Part shown: one piece after another, positions 26,572-35,730 of the stretch | Layout of the letters: every line of letters starts with the position of its first letter | Position numbering within the stretch: the stretch's first letter is position 1 | Assembly (NCBI GenBank): GCA_903834855.1 | Contig: CAILKS010000022.1 | Span: 1 to 43,007, forward strand | From: an uncultured bacterium | Lineage (GTDB): Bacteria > Patescibacteriota > Minisyncoccia > Phycocordibacterales > UBA5272 | DNA length: 43,007 nucleotides | Direction of reading: 5' to 3' | Translations under genes and position numbers: made by a program | Notes under the pieces: model-generated | Told to the model about the DNA's origin: nothing | Database searches by the model: none | Seen by the model: the letters and a program-made list of their open reading frames with translations, nothing else

Positions 26572-27879
26572 CTATTTTGGGATATTTTTTAACTCATCTT
26601 TTACTATAATCCTATCGTCCCAGGGCACCCTATTTCCTTTTATAACCATAGATTGTTCTGCACCTTTTCCTGTAATCAAAATAATATCGTTTATCCGTGC
26701 TAATGATAATGCTTTCTTTATACCATCTTTTCTATCTTCAATAATAAATAAATTTTTATCTCTTTCTTTTCCTGCTTTCTCTACTGAAATAGCAATATCT
26801 TCCAAAATTTGTTTTGGATCATCATCGTATGGATCAACATTACTAACAACTACATAATCAGCCATCTTTCCAGCCAGTTCCCCCATAATTGGTCTTTTAT
26901 TTTTATCTCGTCCACCTCCTTCTGCTCCCAGTAAAACAATAATTTTTGAATCTGCTCTTTTCATATTAATTGCCGTCTGTAAAAGATTAGTCATACTTTC
27001 TTTTTCATGAGCATAATCTACAATCACAGTAAAATTTTGTCCTTCCTCTATTTTTTCCATTCTCCCTGGAATAGTTTTTAATTCCAATAATCCTTTTTTA
27101 ATCATAGAATCACTAATACCAAAAATACGAGAGATAATAATAGCCGGCAATGCATTATAGACATTAATTTTACCAATAATTCCTATATTGAAAATTTCTT
27201 TATCTAATTCAAAAGAAACACCCTCACTTGTTTCTTTTATATTATCTACCATGACATCTCCATTATTTTTCAAAGAAAAAGTTATCTTTTTATCTGCTTT
27301 AAAATTTAAAAAAGTATCAACGTGTTCATTGTCTTTATTTGCAATAATTATTTTATCAACAACTTTTCCTTTTATAACTTTCTTATAAGAAGAAAGATTC
27401 TCAAACATCTTCATCTTCATTTGTTTATATTTTTCAAAACTCCCATCATGTGAAGCTAAATGCTCTGGTGACAAATTTGTAAATACCGCTATATCATAAT
27501 AAATCCCTCTATGACGGTTTTGTTTTATTCCCTCAGATGTTGTTTCAACAATACAATGAGTACACCCCTCTTTTACCATTTGAGCCATAAGACTTTGTAT
27601 AATAAATCTACCAGGCATACTCATATGATATTTATTTAGAAATTCTTTTTCACCAATACGAATATTTGCAGTACTTATAATCCCTGTTTTATAACCTCCC
27701 CCTGTGAGAGTAGACCAAATAAAATTTATAGTTGATGTTTTTCCTTTAGTTCCAGTAACTCCTATAATAATCATCTTTTTTGACGGAAAACCATAATATG
27801 CAGTAGCAATAATTGCCATTAAATAATGGTAAATAGTAAAAATCTTTTTTGGTAAAATTTTCTTTAAGAGTTTTTTCAT
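26572..27879 (-). CDS. murE: MurE-family UDP-MurNAc-tripeptide synthetase
   Basis: GVTGTKGKTST, VETTSEG, FTNLSPEHL, PGRME, VDYAH, GGRDKNKRPIMG, GKGAE. Confidence 0.88.
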   Translation of the reverse strand: MKKLLKKILPKKIFTIYHYLMAIIATAYYGFPSKKMIIIGVTGTKGKTSTINFIWSTLTGGGYKTGIISTANIRIGEKEFLNKYHMSMPGRFIIQSLMAQMVKEGCTHCIVETTSEGIKQNRHRGIYYDIAVFTNLSPEHLASHDGSFEKYKQMKMKMFENLSSYKKVIKGKVVDKIIIANKDNEHVDTFLNFKADKKITFSLKNNGDVMVDNIKETSEGVSFELDKEIFNIGIIGKINVYNALPAIIISRIFGISDSMIKKGLLELKTIPGRMEKIEEGQNFTVIVDYAHEKESMTNLLQTAINMKRADSKIIVLLGAEGGGRDKNKRPIMGELAGKMADYVVVSNVDPYDDDPKQILEDIAISVEKAGKERDKNLFIIEDRKDGIKKALSLARINDIILITGKGAEQSMVIKGNRVPWDDRIIVKDELKNIPK

Positions 27880-28901
27880 ATATATTTCTTAATATATTTT
27901 CTAAAGTTATAAAGATAATACCAGAAAGGATTTACAACCAAATCAAAAAAATCTGAATGTTCTACTTTTTTACCGCCAAATTTCATTTTAAAAGTTGTTA
28001 ACCCATCCCATCCTTTGTATATATTATTTTCTGTAGCAATACCACCAAAATTATAATAATTACAATTTAATTGCTTTGCATAACAAATAGCTTTCCATTG
28101 TGCTAAATATGTCGGCATACGATTCCTCTCCTCGGTACTAGAACCACCAAAAACATAATTAGCAATTCCAGAAAAAATAATAACTAAATCAATTGCTAAA
28201 ACTTTTTCACCAAATTTTGTTATGGCTAAATAGGAATTTTCTTCACTCAAATTTTTAAAAATATTTTCATAATATTTTTTAGGATGAAGATTAAAACCAT
28301 TTCTCTTTGCTGTTATATCCATTAACTCATAAAAAATATCCAAATATTCTCCAAAATCTTTTGTTATTATTTCTGAAGTAATTTCTTTCTTTTCAGCTAA
28401 TCTTATAGAATAGCGAGTTTTCTCATGCATATCCATAAGTATTTCATCTTCAGTTTTATTTAATGGTAGAAACCATTCTTCACGTGGCTGAAAATATGCT
28501 GAATGGTATGTATAAAGTGGTGCCTTAGTAAAAACTTTTGAAAGTTTCTCCTCAGAAATTACTGGAGTAAAATCCAAACGAACAAAAACTGCCTTTTCTT
28601 TTTTTGCAATTTCTTTTAATTCTTTTTTCAGTGAAATTAAAAATTCTGACGAAATATCTTGTGTCACTGGCCCATAAGGTATATATAAATAACTTTTACC
28701 AAGCAAAAGTGGATATTTTATTATTTGAAAATAAGCAACAACTTTTTCTTCTTCGTATGCTAAAAATATTCTAACTTTTCTACCTAAACTTTTTTGCCAA
28801 TCTCCATAAAAACTTGCCTGAGTAAAAGGCACATCTTTACAAAGACTACTCGGATCAAAATATTTATCATCTATTATTTCTTTGAAATCAAAATTTTTCA
28901 T
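27876..28901 (-). CDS. FemABX-family peptidoglycan bridge aminoacyltransferase
   Basis: FTQ...GDWQ, YIPYGPV, KTRYSIRLAEK, YVFGGS, YNFGGI, GLTTFKMKFGG. Confidence 0.9.
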   Translation of the reverse strand: MKNFDFKEIIDDKYFDPSSLCKDVPFTQASFYGDWQKSLGRKVRIFLAYEEEKVVAYFQIIKYPLLLGKSYLYIPYGPVTQDISSEFLISLKKELKEIAKKEKAVFVRLDFTPVISEEKLSKVFTKAPLYTYHSAYFQPREEWFLPLNKTEDEILMDMHEKTRYSIRLAEKKEITSEIITKDFGEYLDIFYELMDITAKRNGFNLHPKKYYENIFKNLSEENSYLAITKFGEKVLAIDLVIIFSGIANYVFGGSSTEERNRMPTYLAQWKAICYAKQLNCNYYNFGGIATENNIYKGWDGLTTFKMKFGGKKVEHSDFFDLVVNPFWYYLYNFRKYIKKYI

Positions 28902-28993
28902 TATTTTACAAGCATTTTACAGCTAGCTTCATAAAGTAATTCTACACCGAAGGTGTGATTAAACCAAACCTTCCCATTATCAATTACTTCTGT
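28901..28993 (-). pseudogene. Probable 3' remnant of a truncated gene
   Basis: TEVIDNGKVWFNHTFGVELLYEASCKMLVK*; the stop overlaps the Fem start (TAATG) and there is no proper start. Confidence 0.4.
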
Positions 28994-29029
28994 TTAAAAA
29001 AATTCTGACCGGTAAATTAGCTATAAAAA

Positions 29030-29299
29030 CTAGACTCTGCCAGAAATATCTTTGTATACCACCGATCTGTGCGCAATCAAAACAATAAAAACCTCTTTCT
29101 TCTTAAGATGAAAAATAACACGATAATCTCCGACCCTCATACTTCTCAACCCAAACAAAGAAAATTGAAGTGGTTTACCAAAAAAATCTGGCTGTGTTTC
29201 TAATTTTTCCTCAATTGCTTTTCTTATAATATTTTTATGAGAACTAGAAATATTTGCAAGATCATCTATTATTTTTTTGTGATATGTTATTTCAAACAT
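29030..29299 (-). CDS. RelE/ParE-family toxin
   Basis: 89 aa, GKPL..L.GLRSMRVGDYRVIF..IAHRSVVY. Confidence 0.9.
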   Translation of the reverse strand: MFEITYHKKIIDDLANISSSHKNIIRKAIEEKLETQPDFFGKPLQFSLFGLRSMRVGDYRVIFHLKKKEVFIVLIAHRSVVYKDISGRV

Positions 29300-29313
29300 A
29301 GAGATGCTTATTA

Positions 29314-29535
29314 TTATCCCCAGACTTCCTTATGAGAAAGCTTCTTACTCTTTTCATTAAGTCTTTGATCTCCTAAAATACTAAAAGCTCTATCCTCTTC
29401 TAACATAAGAGATATTTTAAGTAATTCACTTATTTTTGTAGCTTGTGGGACTTTGTCACGCTTAGCCATATGAGAAACCAATTTCTCAACGTCACTGGTA
29501 AGTGTTATATTTAATCTTCGTTTTAATGTTGTCAT
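29314..29535 (-). CDS. Cognate antitoxin, RHH-like
   Basis: 73 aa, RLNITL beta strand, LEED, C-terminal SHKEVW; directly upstream of the toxin. Confidence 0.8.
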   Translation of the reverse strand: MTTLKRRLNITLTSDVEKLVSHMAKRDKVPQATKISELLKISLMLEEDRAFSILGDQRLNEKSKKLSHKEVWG

Positions 29536-29540
29536 GTACT

Positions 29541-29569
29541 AAGTGTATCAGAAGTGTATCACTTGTCAA
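29541..29569 (-). promoter_or_regulatory. TA promoter with overlapping operator-like direct repeats
   Basis: TTGACA-N16-TACACT-N6-ATG; aagtgtatca at 29541-29550 and 29552-29561. Confidence 0.7.
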
Positions 29570-29577
29570 CAACGAAC

Positions 29578-29688
29578 TAGTTTCAAGTTTCCAGTTTTTA
29601 GTTTCTAGGAATTTTACGAAGGTCTTGCCTTCGTAAAATCAAAGTATCCCCGATTTGTATTTTCTAATGTCTATTGTCTATTGTCTCC
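29578..29688. repeat. Composite element: TTTCYAG arm, 12-bp hairpin, GTATTT, TGTCTAT arm
   Basis: tagtttcaagtttccagtttttagtttctag; attttacgaagg/ccttcgtaaaat; gtattttctaatgtctattgtctattgtc. Confidence 0.78.
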
Positions 29689-29696
29689 CCATGAGG

Positions 29697-31757
29697 TTAT
29701 ATTTTTGATTTAAGAACTTCCAGTTCGTCGCGGAGGATAGCAGCAGTTTCGAAATCTAATATCTTTACAGGTTCCTTCATAGCCTTTTCCTTAAGTTTAA
29801 TTAATTTATCTGGATTCTTTGCAAATAATTTTTTATCAATACGCAACTCCTCATTCACAGCCTTTGCATGATCACTTTGTATTTCCTCAGTAATATCATG
29901 AATATTTTTCTGTATTGTTGTGGGAGTGATACCATGCTCCTTATTGTAATCTTCTTGAATCTTTCTTCTACGATTTGTTTCCCCTATTGCACGCTCCATA
30001 GAACCAGTCATGACATCTGCATACAAAATAACTCGCCCATTTGAGTTACGTGCAGCTCGCCCAATTGTTTGAATAAGTGACGTCTCTGAACGAAGAAATC
30101 CCTCTTTGTCGGCATCCATAATTCCTATAAGTGTTACCTCAGGCAAGTCTAAGCCCTCTCGAAGCAAGTTAACTCCAACAAGACAGTCGAATGTTCCACG
30201 ACGAAAACTCGTGAGAATAGCAATACGTTCCATAGTTTTTATATCACTGTGAACATACTCAGCTTTAACACCTTGTTCTTTCAAATATTCTGATAAACTT
30301 TCTGCCATTTTTTTTGTAAGGGTTGTTACAAGAACTCTTCCACCTTTTTTTACATCTTTAATAACCTCTCCAATAAAATCATGAACTTGGCCTTTATATT
30401 TACCACTTGCTCCGACTTTTCTAATTTCCAAAACTGGATCAAGTAATCCCGTTGGGCGAATAATCTGCTCCACCACTTGATCAGATTCTTCACATTCAAA
30501 CTTCCCTGGTGTAGCAGACACATAAATAACTTCTGCCACCCGCTTTTCAAACTCATCATATTTAAGTGGACGATTATCTTTGGCGCTCGGTAATCTAAAA
30601 CCATATTCTACAAGTGTATTTTTACGGGACTGATCGCCTGCATACATACCGTGTAACTGTGGAAGTGTTACATGTGATTCATCTATGATAGTTAAAAACT
30701 CCGCCTCACCATTTTTATTATGTGGGAAATACTCAAGTAATGTGTCCGGTGCAACACCTACTTCTTTTCCTGATAAATGTCTTGAGTAATTTTCTATACC
30801 CTGACAAAATCCAACTTCTTTAATCATGGCGACATCATAACGAGTGCGACGCTTAATTCTCTCAGCCTCTAATATTTTTCCTTCTTTATCAAACTCTACT
30901 AATCTTAATTTTAATTCTGCTTCGATAGTTTTCACTGCACGCTCGCGAGTAGGTACATCTGAAATAAAATGTTTCGCTGGAAAAATAAAATAATTGTCTA
31001 CAACTTTTAAAAGCTTCATAGAAACTGGATCAACGATTTGCATATGAGAAATTTTACCTCCGGTAATTTCTAACTGAAGCATTATAGTTTCAGATATTGG
31101 CATTATATCTATTCTATTTCCAAGTGCACGAAATGTCCCAGGAGAAAGATCAGCATTAGTTCTTTCATATTGAACACCAACAAATCTTCTCATAAGCTCA
31201 ACTTTTGAAGCACTATCTCCAACAGATAATTTTATATTTTCTCTTTCATAATCCTTCGGTGACCCTAAACCATAAATACAAGAAACAGAAGCAACAATAA
31301 TTACATCTTTTCTGGTTAATAATGCTTGTGTGGAAGCATGGCGAAGTCTATCTATCTCTTCATTTATCTGTGCATCTTTTTCTATATAAGTATCAGTCAC
31401 CGGCATGTATGCTTCTGGTTGATAGTAGTCATAATAAGATACGAAATAGTGAACGGCAGCGTCTGGGAAAAATGTACGAAACTCTTGAGCAAGCTGAGCA
31501 GCGAGTGTTTTGTTATGAGCAATAACAAGTGTAGGTTTTTGTATTTGCTGTATTACATTTGCAATAGTAAAAGTTTTTCCAGTACCAGTTGCACCAAGTA
31601 ATGTCTGACGTCTCATACCTTTTTTAAGACCATTAACCAAACCTAAAATAGCCTTTGGCTGATCGCCTGCCGGTACAAAACCTTTCAAATTAAAGACTCC
31701 AGAAATTTCATTTTTCTCTCCGGATACTTTTTTATTATTTTTTACTTCGCTTGACAT
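29697..31757 (-). CDS. uvrB: Excinuclease ABC subunit B (start re-assigned to 31757)
   Basis: PAGDQP, GATGTGKT, YFVSYYDYYQPEAY, DESH, NLLREGLD, QTIGRAARN, FETAAILRD; TGCTATAAT upstream of ATG 31757. Confidence 0.97.
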   Translation of the reverse strand: MSSEVKNNKKVSGEKNEISGVFNLKGFVPAGDQPKAILGLVNGLKKGMRRQTLLGATGTGKTFTIANVIQQIQKPTLVIAHNKTLAAQLAQEFRTFFPDAAVHYFVSYYDYYQPEAYMPVTDTYIEKDAQINEEIDRLRHASTQALLTRKDVIIVASVSCIYGLGSPKDYERENIKLSVGDSASKVELMRRFVGVQYERTNADLSPGTFRALGNRIDIMPISETIMLQLEITGGKISHMQIVDPVSMKLLKVVDNYFIFPAKHFISDVPTRERAVKTIEAELKLRLVEFDKEGKILEAERIKRRTRYDVAMIKEVGFCQGIENYSRHLSGKEVGVAPDTLLEYFPHNKNGEAEFLTIIDESHVTLPQLHGMYAGDQSRKNTLVEYGFRLPSAKDNRPLKYDEFEKRVAEVIYVSATPGKFECEESDQVVEQIIRPTGLLDPVLEIRKVGASGKYKGQVHDFIGEVIKDVKKGGRVLVTTLTKKMAESLSEYLKEQGVKAEYVHSDIKTMERIAILTSFRRGTFDCLVGVNLLREGLDLPEVTLIGIMDADKEGFLRSETSLIQTIGRAARNSNGRVILYADVMTGSMERAIGETNRRRKIQEDYNKEHGITPTTIQKNIHDITEEIQSDHAKAVNEELRIDKKLFAKNPDKLIKLKEKAMKEPVKILDFETAAILRDELEVLKSKI

Positions 31758-31841
31758 AGTTGACTTATGATTATAGCATAAAACCCAGCACTGTTCCTTA
31801 AATTGGAACAGATCCCCTATCATCAACAGGAGATTGAAATA

Positions 31842-32207
31842 ATGACTCAGAAAATTATCCCAAAAGAAACACATATTCAACTTAGTGGTACTGAGTTAGA
31901 TCGTCTTCATAGGGCAATGATGGATGACCCTGAGAATGTCTTCTTTGCCCGCAAAGTTGATGATCCTCACCCTTGGCCATCATATCTATTGCTTGTGGGG
32001 CCATACTGCCGGGTCTCTGACCCGTTCGAAACAAGTGTCTGTCCAATTCATGGTTACAACTCATCTTTTGATATTTTACACCTAGCAATAAAGGGAGACA
32101 CTGGTGAAATTGTGATGAGGGAAGCCAAGATAGCTCAAGTTGGTGGGTGGAAACCACCGATTGAAGGTAATCATCTTTTCGCATTCATTCCAAAATCCAT
32201 CCAATAG
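31842..32207 (+). CDS. Hypothetical protein, solo SD-led gene
   Basis: AGGAG 9 nt before ATG 31842; terminator downstream. Confidence 0.65.
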   Translation: MTQKIIPKETHIQLSGTELDRLHRAMMDDPENVFFARKVDDPHPWPSYLLLVGPYCRVSDPFETSVCPIHGYNSSFDILHLAIKGDTGEIVMREAKIAQVGGWKPPIEGNHLFAFIPKSIQ

Positions 32208-32227
32208 GCCTCTTCCAACTAAAAAAC

Positions 32228-32256
32228 TCTGCACGCTAGCCACGTGCGGATTTTTT
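32228..32256 (+). terminator. Intrinsic terminator
   Basis: tctgcacg / cgtgcgga followed by T6. Confidence 0.65.
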
Positions 32257-32282
32257 CATATAAAAACTTATGAGCTTTTTTA

Positions 32283-33563
32283 CTATTTATAATACCTCTT
32301 AATAAATTCTTTTTTAAATTCTAAAAAGTTACCAGAAAGTATTGCCTCTCGTGCTTCTTCGCAAAGAGTAGTTAAGAATTTTAAATTATGAATTGATGCG
32401 AGTGTGGCAGCTAGCATTTCATCTGCTTTAAATAGATGATTCAAATAACTTTTTGTAAACTGATGTGTATACCAAGATTCTTCATCACTAATCGGTGACA
32501 TATCGTTTTTATAAATTGCATTTGTAATATTTATGCGTCCATCTTTTGTATAAATAGCACCATTACGAGCAATGCGAGTTGGTGCAACACAATCAAAGGT
32601 ATCGACACCATTTTCTATTCCCATTAAAATATCAATCGGCTCACCTATTCCTAATAAATGTCTAGGCTTTCCCTCAGGCAGTATTTCATTAACCCATTTT
32701 ACAGCTGTACCCATATCTTCTTTTGTAAAACTCCCACCTATTCCATAACCATCAAAGTCCATAGCACCTAATACTGTTGCTGACTCTTTTCTTAATTCTT
32801 CATACGATCCACCTTGGACCACACCAAAGAGCGCCTGCATTTTCCCTGTTGCACCAGATACTCCCAGTCTTTTATGTTCATCTAAACTTCTTTTTGCCCA
32901 AGCGTGAGTACGATCTATTGCTTCACGTTGATATGCAACTGGGGCAAGAGGTGATGTGCATTCATCAAATGCAAAAAATATATCAGCACCCAAATTGTGT
33001 TGTATATTCATACTTACCTCTGGAGTAAATCTATGAGTTGATCCATCAATTACAGATTTAAAAGTAACACCATCATCATCTATTTTTGCTAATTTTTCAT
33101 GTGTTTCTTCACGAGCATTACTTTCACTTTCTCTTTTACTTATTTCTTCACTCGTTGCAATCTTACTCACACCATGACCGAGCGCGTGACCTAAAGAAAA
33201 AACTTGAAAACCCCCCGAATCAGTAAACGTCGGCATTAATTTGTATTCTTCTTTTTGTATTTCCTCTTTCCTCTCAACTCTTTCCTCTTTCCTATTTTTC
33301 CAATTCATCATCCTCGCAAAACCCCCATGCTTTTTTACAATCTCATCCCCAGGTTGAAGATATAAATGATAAGTATTAGCGAGTACAGCTTGTGCACCAA
33401 CACAATCCCTAATCTGCTCAGGTGTTAAAGACTTCACAGTTGCTTTTGTGCCCACAGTAATAAAAGCTGGTGTTTTTATATCACCGTGTGGAGTATGAAT
33501 AATGCCCGCACGCATAAGAGGTATACCTTCTATTTTTTTAATTATCTCAAAAGAAAATGACAT
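32283..33563 (-). CDS. tgt: tRNA-guanine transglycosylase
   Basis: TPHG.I.TPAF, LANTYHL, TDSGGFQVFSL, AFDEC, GVVQG, KPRHLLGIG, FDCVAPTR, IHNL. Confidence 0.95.
   Translation of the reverse strand: MSFSFEIIKKIEGIPLMRAGIIHTPHGDIKTPAFITVGTKATVKSLTPEQIRDCVGAQAVLANTYHLYLQPGDEIVKKHGGFARMMNWKNRKEERVERKEEIQKEEYKLMPTFTDSGGFQVFSLGHALGHGVSKIATSEEISKRESESNAREETHEKLAKIDDDGVTFKSVIDGSTHRFTPEVSMNIQHNLGADIFFAFDECTSPLAPVAYQREAIDRTHAWAKRSLDEHKRLGVSGATGKMQALFGVVQGGSYEELRKESATVLGAMDFDGYGIGGSFTKEDMGTAVKWVNEILPEGKPRHLLGIGEPIDILMGIENGVDTFDCVAPTRIARNGAIYTKDGRINITNAIYKNDMSPISDEESWYTHQFTKSYLNHLFKADEMLAATLASIHNLKFLTTLCEEAREAILSGNFLEFKKEFIKRYYK
33257..33298 (-). repeat. GGAAAGA heptamer array in frame inside tgt
   Basis: Minus strand aaaataggaaagaggaaagagttgagaggaaagaggaaatac. 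Confidence 0.75.
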
Positions 33564-33652
33564 AGATACATACTATCAGCCAAGTACAAATTAGACAAAC
33601 ATTATTAAAACGTATAGTATTGGAGCAATTGTACAACTAACTGGAGTTTTTC

Positions 33653-34336
33653 ATGAATAGATTACCTGACAAGGCCAGGTTCATGGAAGAACTTGGCAAT
33701 AATAGAAAAGTGAAAGAAGAAGACAAAATAATTCTAAATACAGTCTACGAATTCAGTCTTCTTCATCATTTAAATGCACCCAAAAGAGCAACTGGGGAAC
33801 ATTATTTCTGGCATATATATCGTGCCGTAATGAGAATGCTTGACGTCTTTGAACTTCTTGGAATCTGGGACGTTAGAGTTGTAATAATTTTACTACTTCA
33901 CGACACGATTGAAGACGCTAGAGATGCAGGTTTTGACCCAGCTCTTGTATTAACAGAAATAGCACGTAAATTTGACGATGAAACAGCCTTCGGAACCATG
34001 GCTATAACAAAAAAAGAGAAAGAGCATTCCAAAGATGTTCTAAAAAAACTTATATTGTTATTCTATTGGCGTTCACATGCTGCAAAAGCTTTTGATCGAG
34101 AAGATAATCTCTCAACTTTACATGGAATGGAAATACCTTCTCAGCTAAAAAAATTAGCTGAGACTGAAAAATATTTCCCTGCAATTTTCAATCGACTGGA
34201 AGCAGAACTTACAATTGCTGTTAAGTATCGCGGTTACGATAAAAACTGGCTAAATCTTACTCCATTGTTACGAATAAGGCAAAAAAAGCTAGTAATAGAA
34301 AACCGAGCCCGACTCAAAGCTTTGGGAATTACGTAA
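33653..34336 (+). CDS. HD-domain protein, RelA/SpoT-hydrolase (Mesh1/SAH)-like
   Basis: H...KRATGEHYFWH, LLHDTIED, AITK, K.FDR.DNL. Confidence 0.75.
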   Translation: MNRLPDKARFMEELGNNRKVKEEDKIILNTVYEFSLLHHLNAPKRATGEHYFWHIYRAVMRMLDVFELLGIWDVRVVIILLLHDTIEDARDAGFDPALVLTEIARKFDDETAFGTMAITKKEKEHSKDVLKKLILLFYWRSHAAKAFDREDNLSTLHGMEIPSQLKKLAETEKYFPAIFNRLEAELTIAVKYRGYDKNWLNLTPLLRIRQKKLVIENRARLKALGIT

Positions 34337-34380
34337 GCGCCATTACCTAACCCGTGTGGCGTTTTACTTTTTAAAAAACT

Positions 34381-34517
34381 AATAAAATCACTTCATCTAC
34401 TTTTTGTCCACGACATGAATCTGTTGATTCAGCTACGGAATTTTTCTCAGTCGTCGTACTAGATGTACGCCTTCTTTAAAAAATTCCTAGGCTCCTCGTA
34501 TCTGAAGCAATTTTATT
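34381..34517 (-). repeat. ~120-nt hairpin-family repeat
   Basis: Minus strand GATACGAGGAGCCTAGGAATTTTT...GCGTAC-N5-GTACG...GAGAAAAATTCCGTAGC, close to the 16976 copy. Confidence 0.88.
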
Positions 34518-34521
34518 AATC

Positions 34522-35667
34522 TTAAACTTTCACTGTCTCTGCTATGGTAGATACCAATTCCTTATCAAACATCGTCGGTAATATCATTTCCTTCGTTGGA
34601 TTTTTCACGTGGCTAGCTAGTGCAAGTGCTGCACGTGTAAACATACTAATATCAAATTGTTTTATATTATTATCAAGCACACCTTTAAATAACCCAGGGA
34701 AAATAAGAGAATTGTTTAACTGATTCGGAAAATCACTTCGTCCGGTTGCTATAACTGCCACACCGGCTTCACGTGCGACTTCTGGCATAATTTCAGGTAT
34801 TGGATTTGCAAGTGCAAAAACAATAGAATCTTTATTCATACTCTGTGCCATTTCTTTTGTAAGAGCTCCTGCTTTTGAAACACCAACAAATACATCAGCA
34901 CCGACTACAGCATCCATCAAAGTTCCTACTCCACCTTTTAAATTACTTTTTGAAATTAATTCTAATTTTTCTTTTGTTAAATCTTCACGACCTTCATGTA
35001 TAATTCCTTTACTATCGCAAAATAAAATATTTGAAAATCCATATGAAAGTAAAATACGTGAAATTGCCACGCCAGCCGAACCAACACCATTAACTACAAT
35101 TTTTATATCTTTTCCTTCACCTCTATTAGTAACTTTTAATGCATTTATAATTCCACCCAAAACAACTGTCGCTGTACCCCATTGATCATCGTGCATTACA
35201 GGAATATTTAATTCCGCACGCAACCTTTCTTCAATTTCAAAACATCTAGGTGCTGCAATATCTTCTAAATTAACCGCACCAAAAACTGGAGCCAACTGTT
35301 TAACGGCTTTTATAATTTCTTCTGTATTTTGTGTCTCTAAACAAATTGGAAAAGCGTCCACTCCAGCAAAACTTTTTAAAATTGCAGCCTTACCTTCCAT
35401 GACAGGAATAGCCGCTAGTGCCCCTAAGTTTCCAAGTCCTAAAATAGCTGATCCATCGGAAATAATTGCGACTGTATTCCGTTTCAAAGTATATTCACGT
35501 GCAAGTGATGGGTCACGCGCAATTTCTTTACATACTTCAGCAACCCCAGGAGTATAAGCACGGGACAAATCATCTCTGTCATTCATAGGAACTTTTGTAT
35601 TAAGTTCAATTTTTCCGTGATGTAATTTATGAAGTTCTAAGGCTTCTTTATTGTAATCGTGAGTCAT
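34522..35667 (-). CDS. NAD(P)-dependent malic enzyme
   Basis: AYTPGVA, DGSAILGLG, PVMEGKA, NLEDI, HDDQWGTA, ALANP, TGRSDFPNQ. Confidence 0.95.
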   Translation of the reverse strand: MTHDYNKEALELHKLHHGKIELNTKVPMNDRDDLSRAYTPGVAEVCKEIARDPSLAREYTLKRNTVAIISDGSAILGLGNLGALAAIPVMEGKAAILKSFAGVDAFPICLETQNTEEIIKAVKQLAPVFGAVNLEDIAAPRCFEIEERLRAELNIPVMHDDQWGTATVVLGGIINALKVTNRGEGKDIKIVVNGVGSAGVAISRILLSYGFSNILFCDSKGIIHEGREDLTKEKLELISKSNLKGGVGTLMDAVVGADVFVGVSKAGALTKEMAQSMNKDSIVFALANPIPEIMPEVAREAGVAVIATGRSDFPNQLNNSLIFPGLFKGVLDNNIKQFDISMFTRAALALASHVKNPTKEMILPTMFDKELVSTIAETVKV

Positions 35668-35730
35668 GTTTTTTGATAAATTAAAAATATTATAAGGACA
35701 TTTTAGATACTCTAGTATATACTAAATCAT

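Noticed and set aside
31758..31880. Long N-terminal extension of UvrB in the ORF track (likewise Ddl-like, HicA, HicB, transketolase)
   Set aside because: Family homology starts later, and -10 boxes sit just before the downstream ATGs (for HicA, the downstream ATG overlaps the hicB end).
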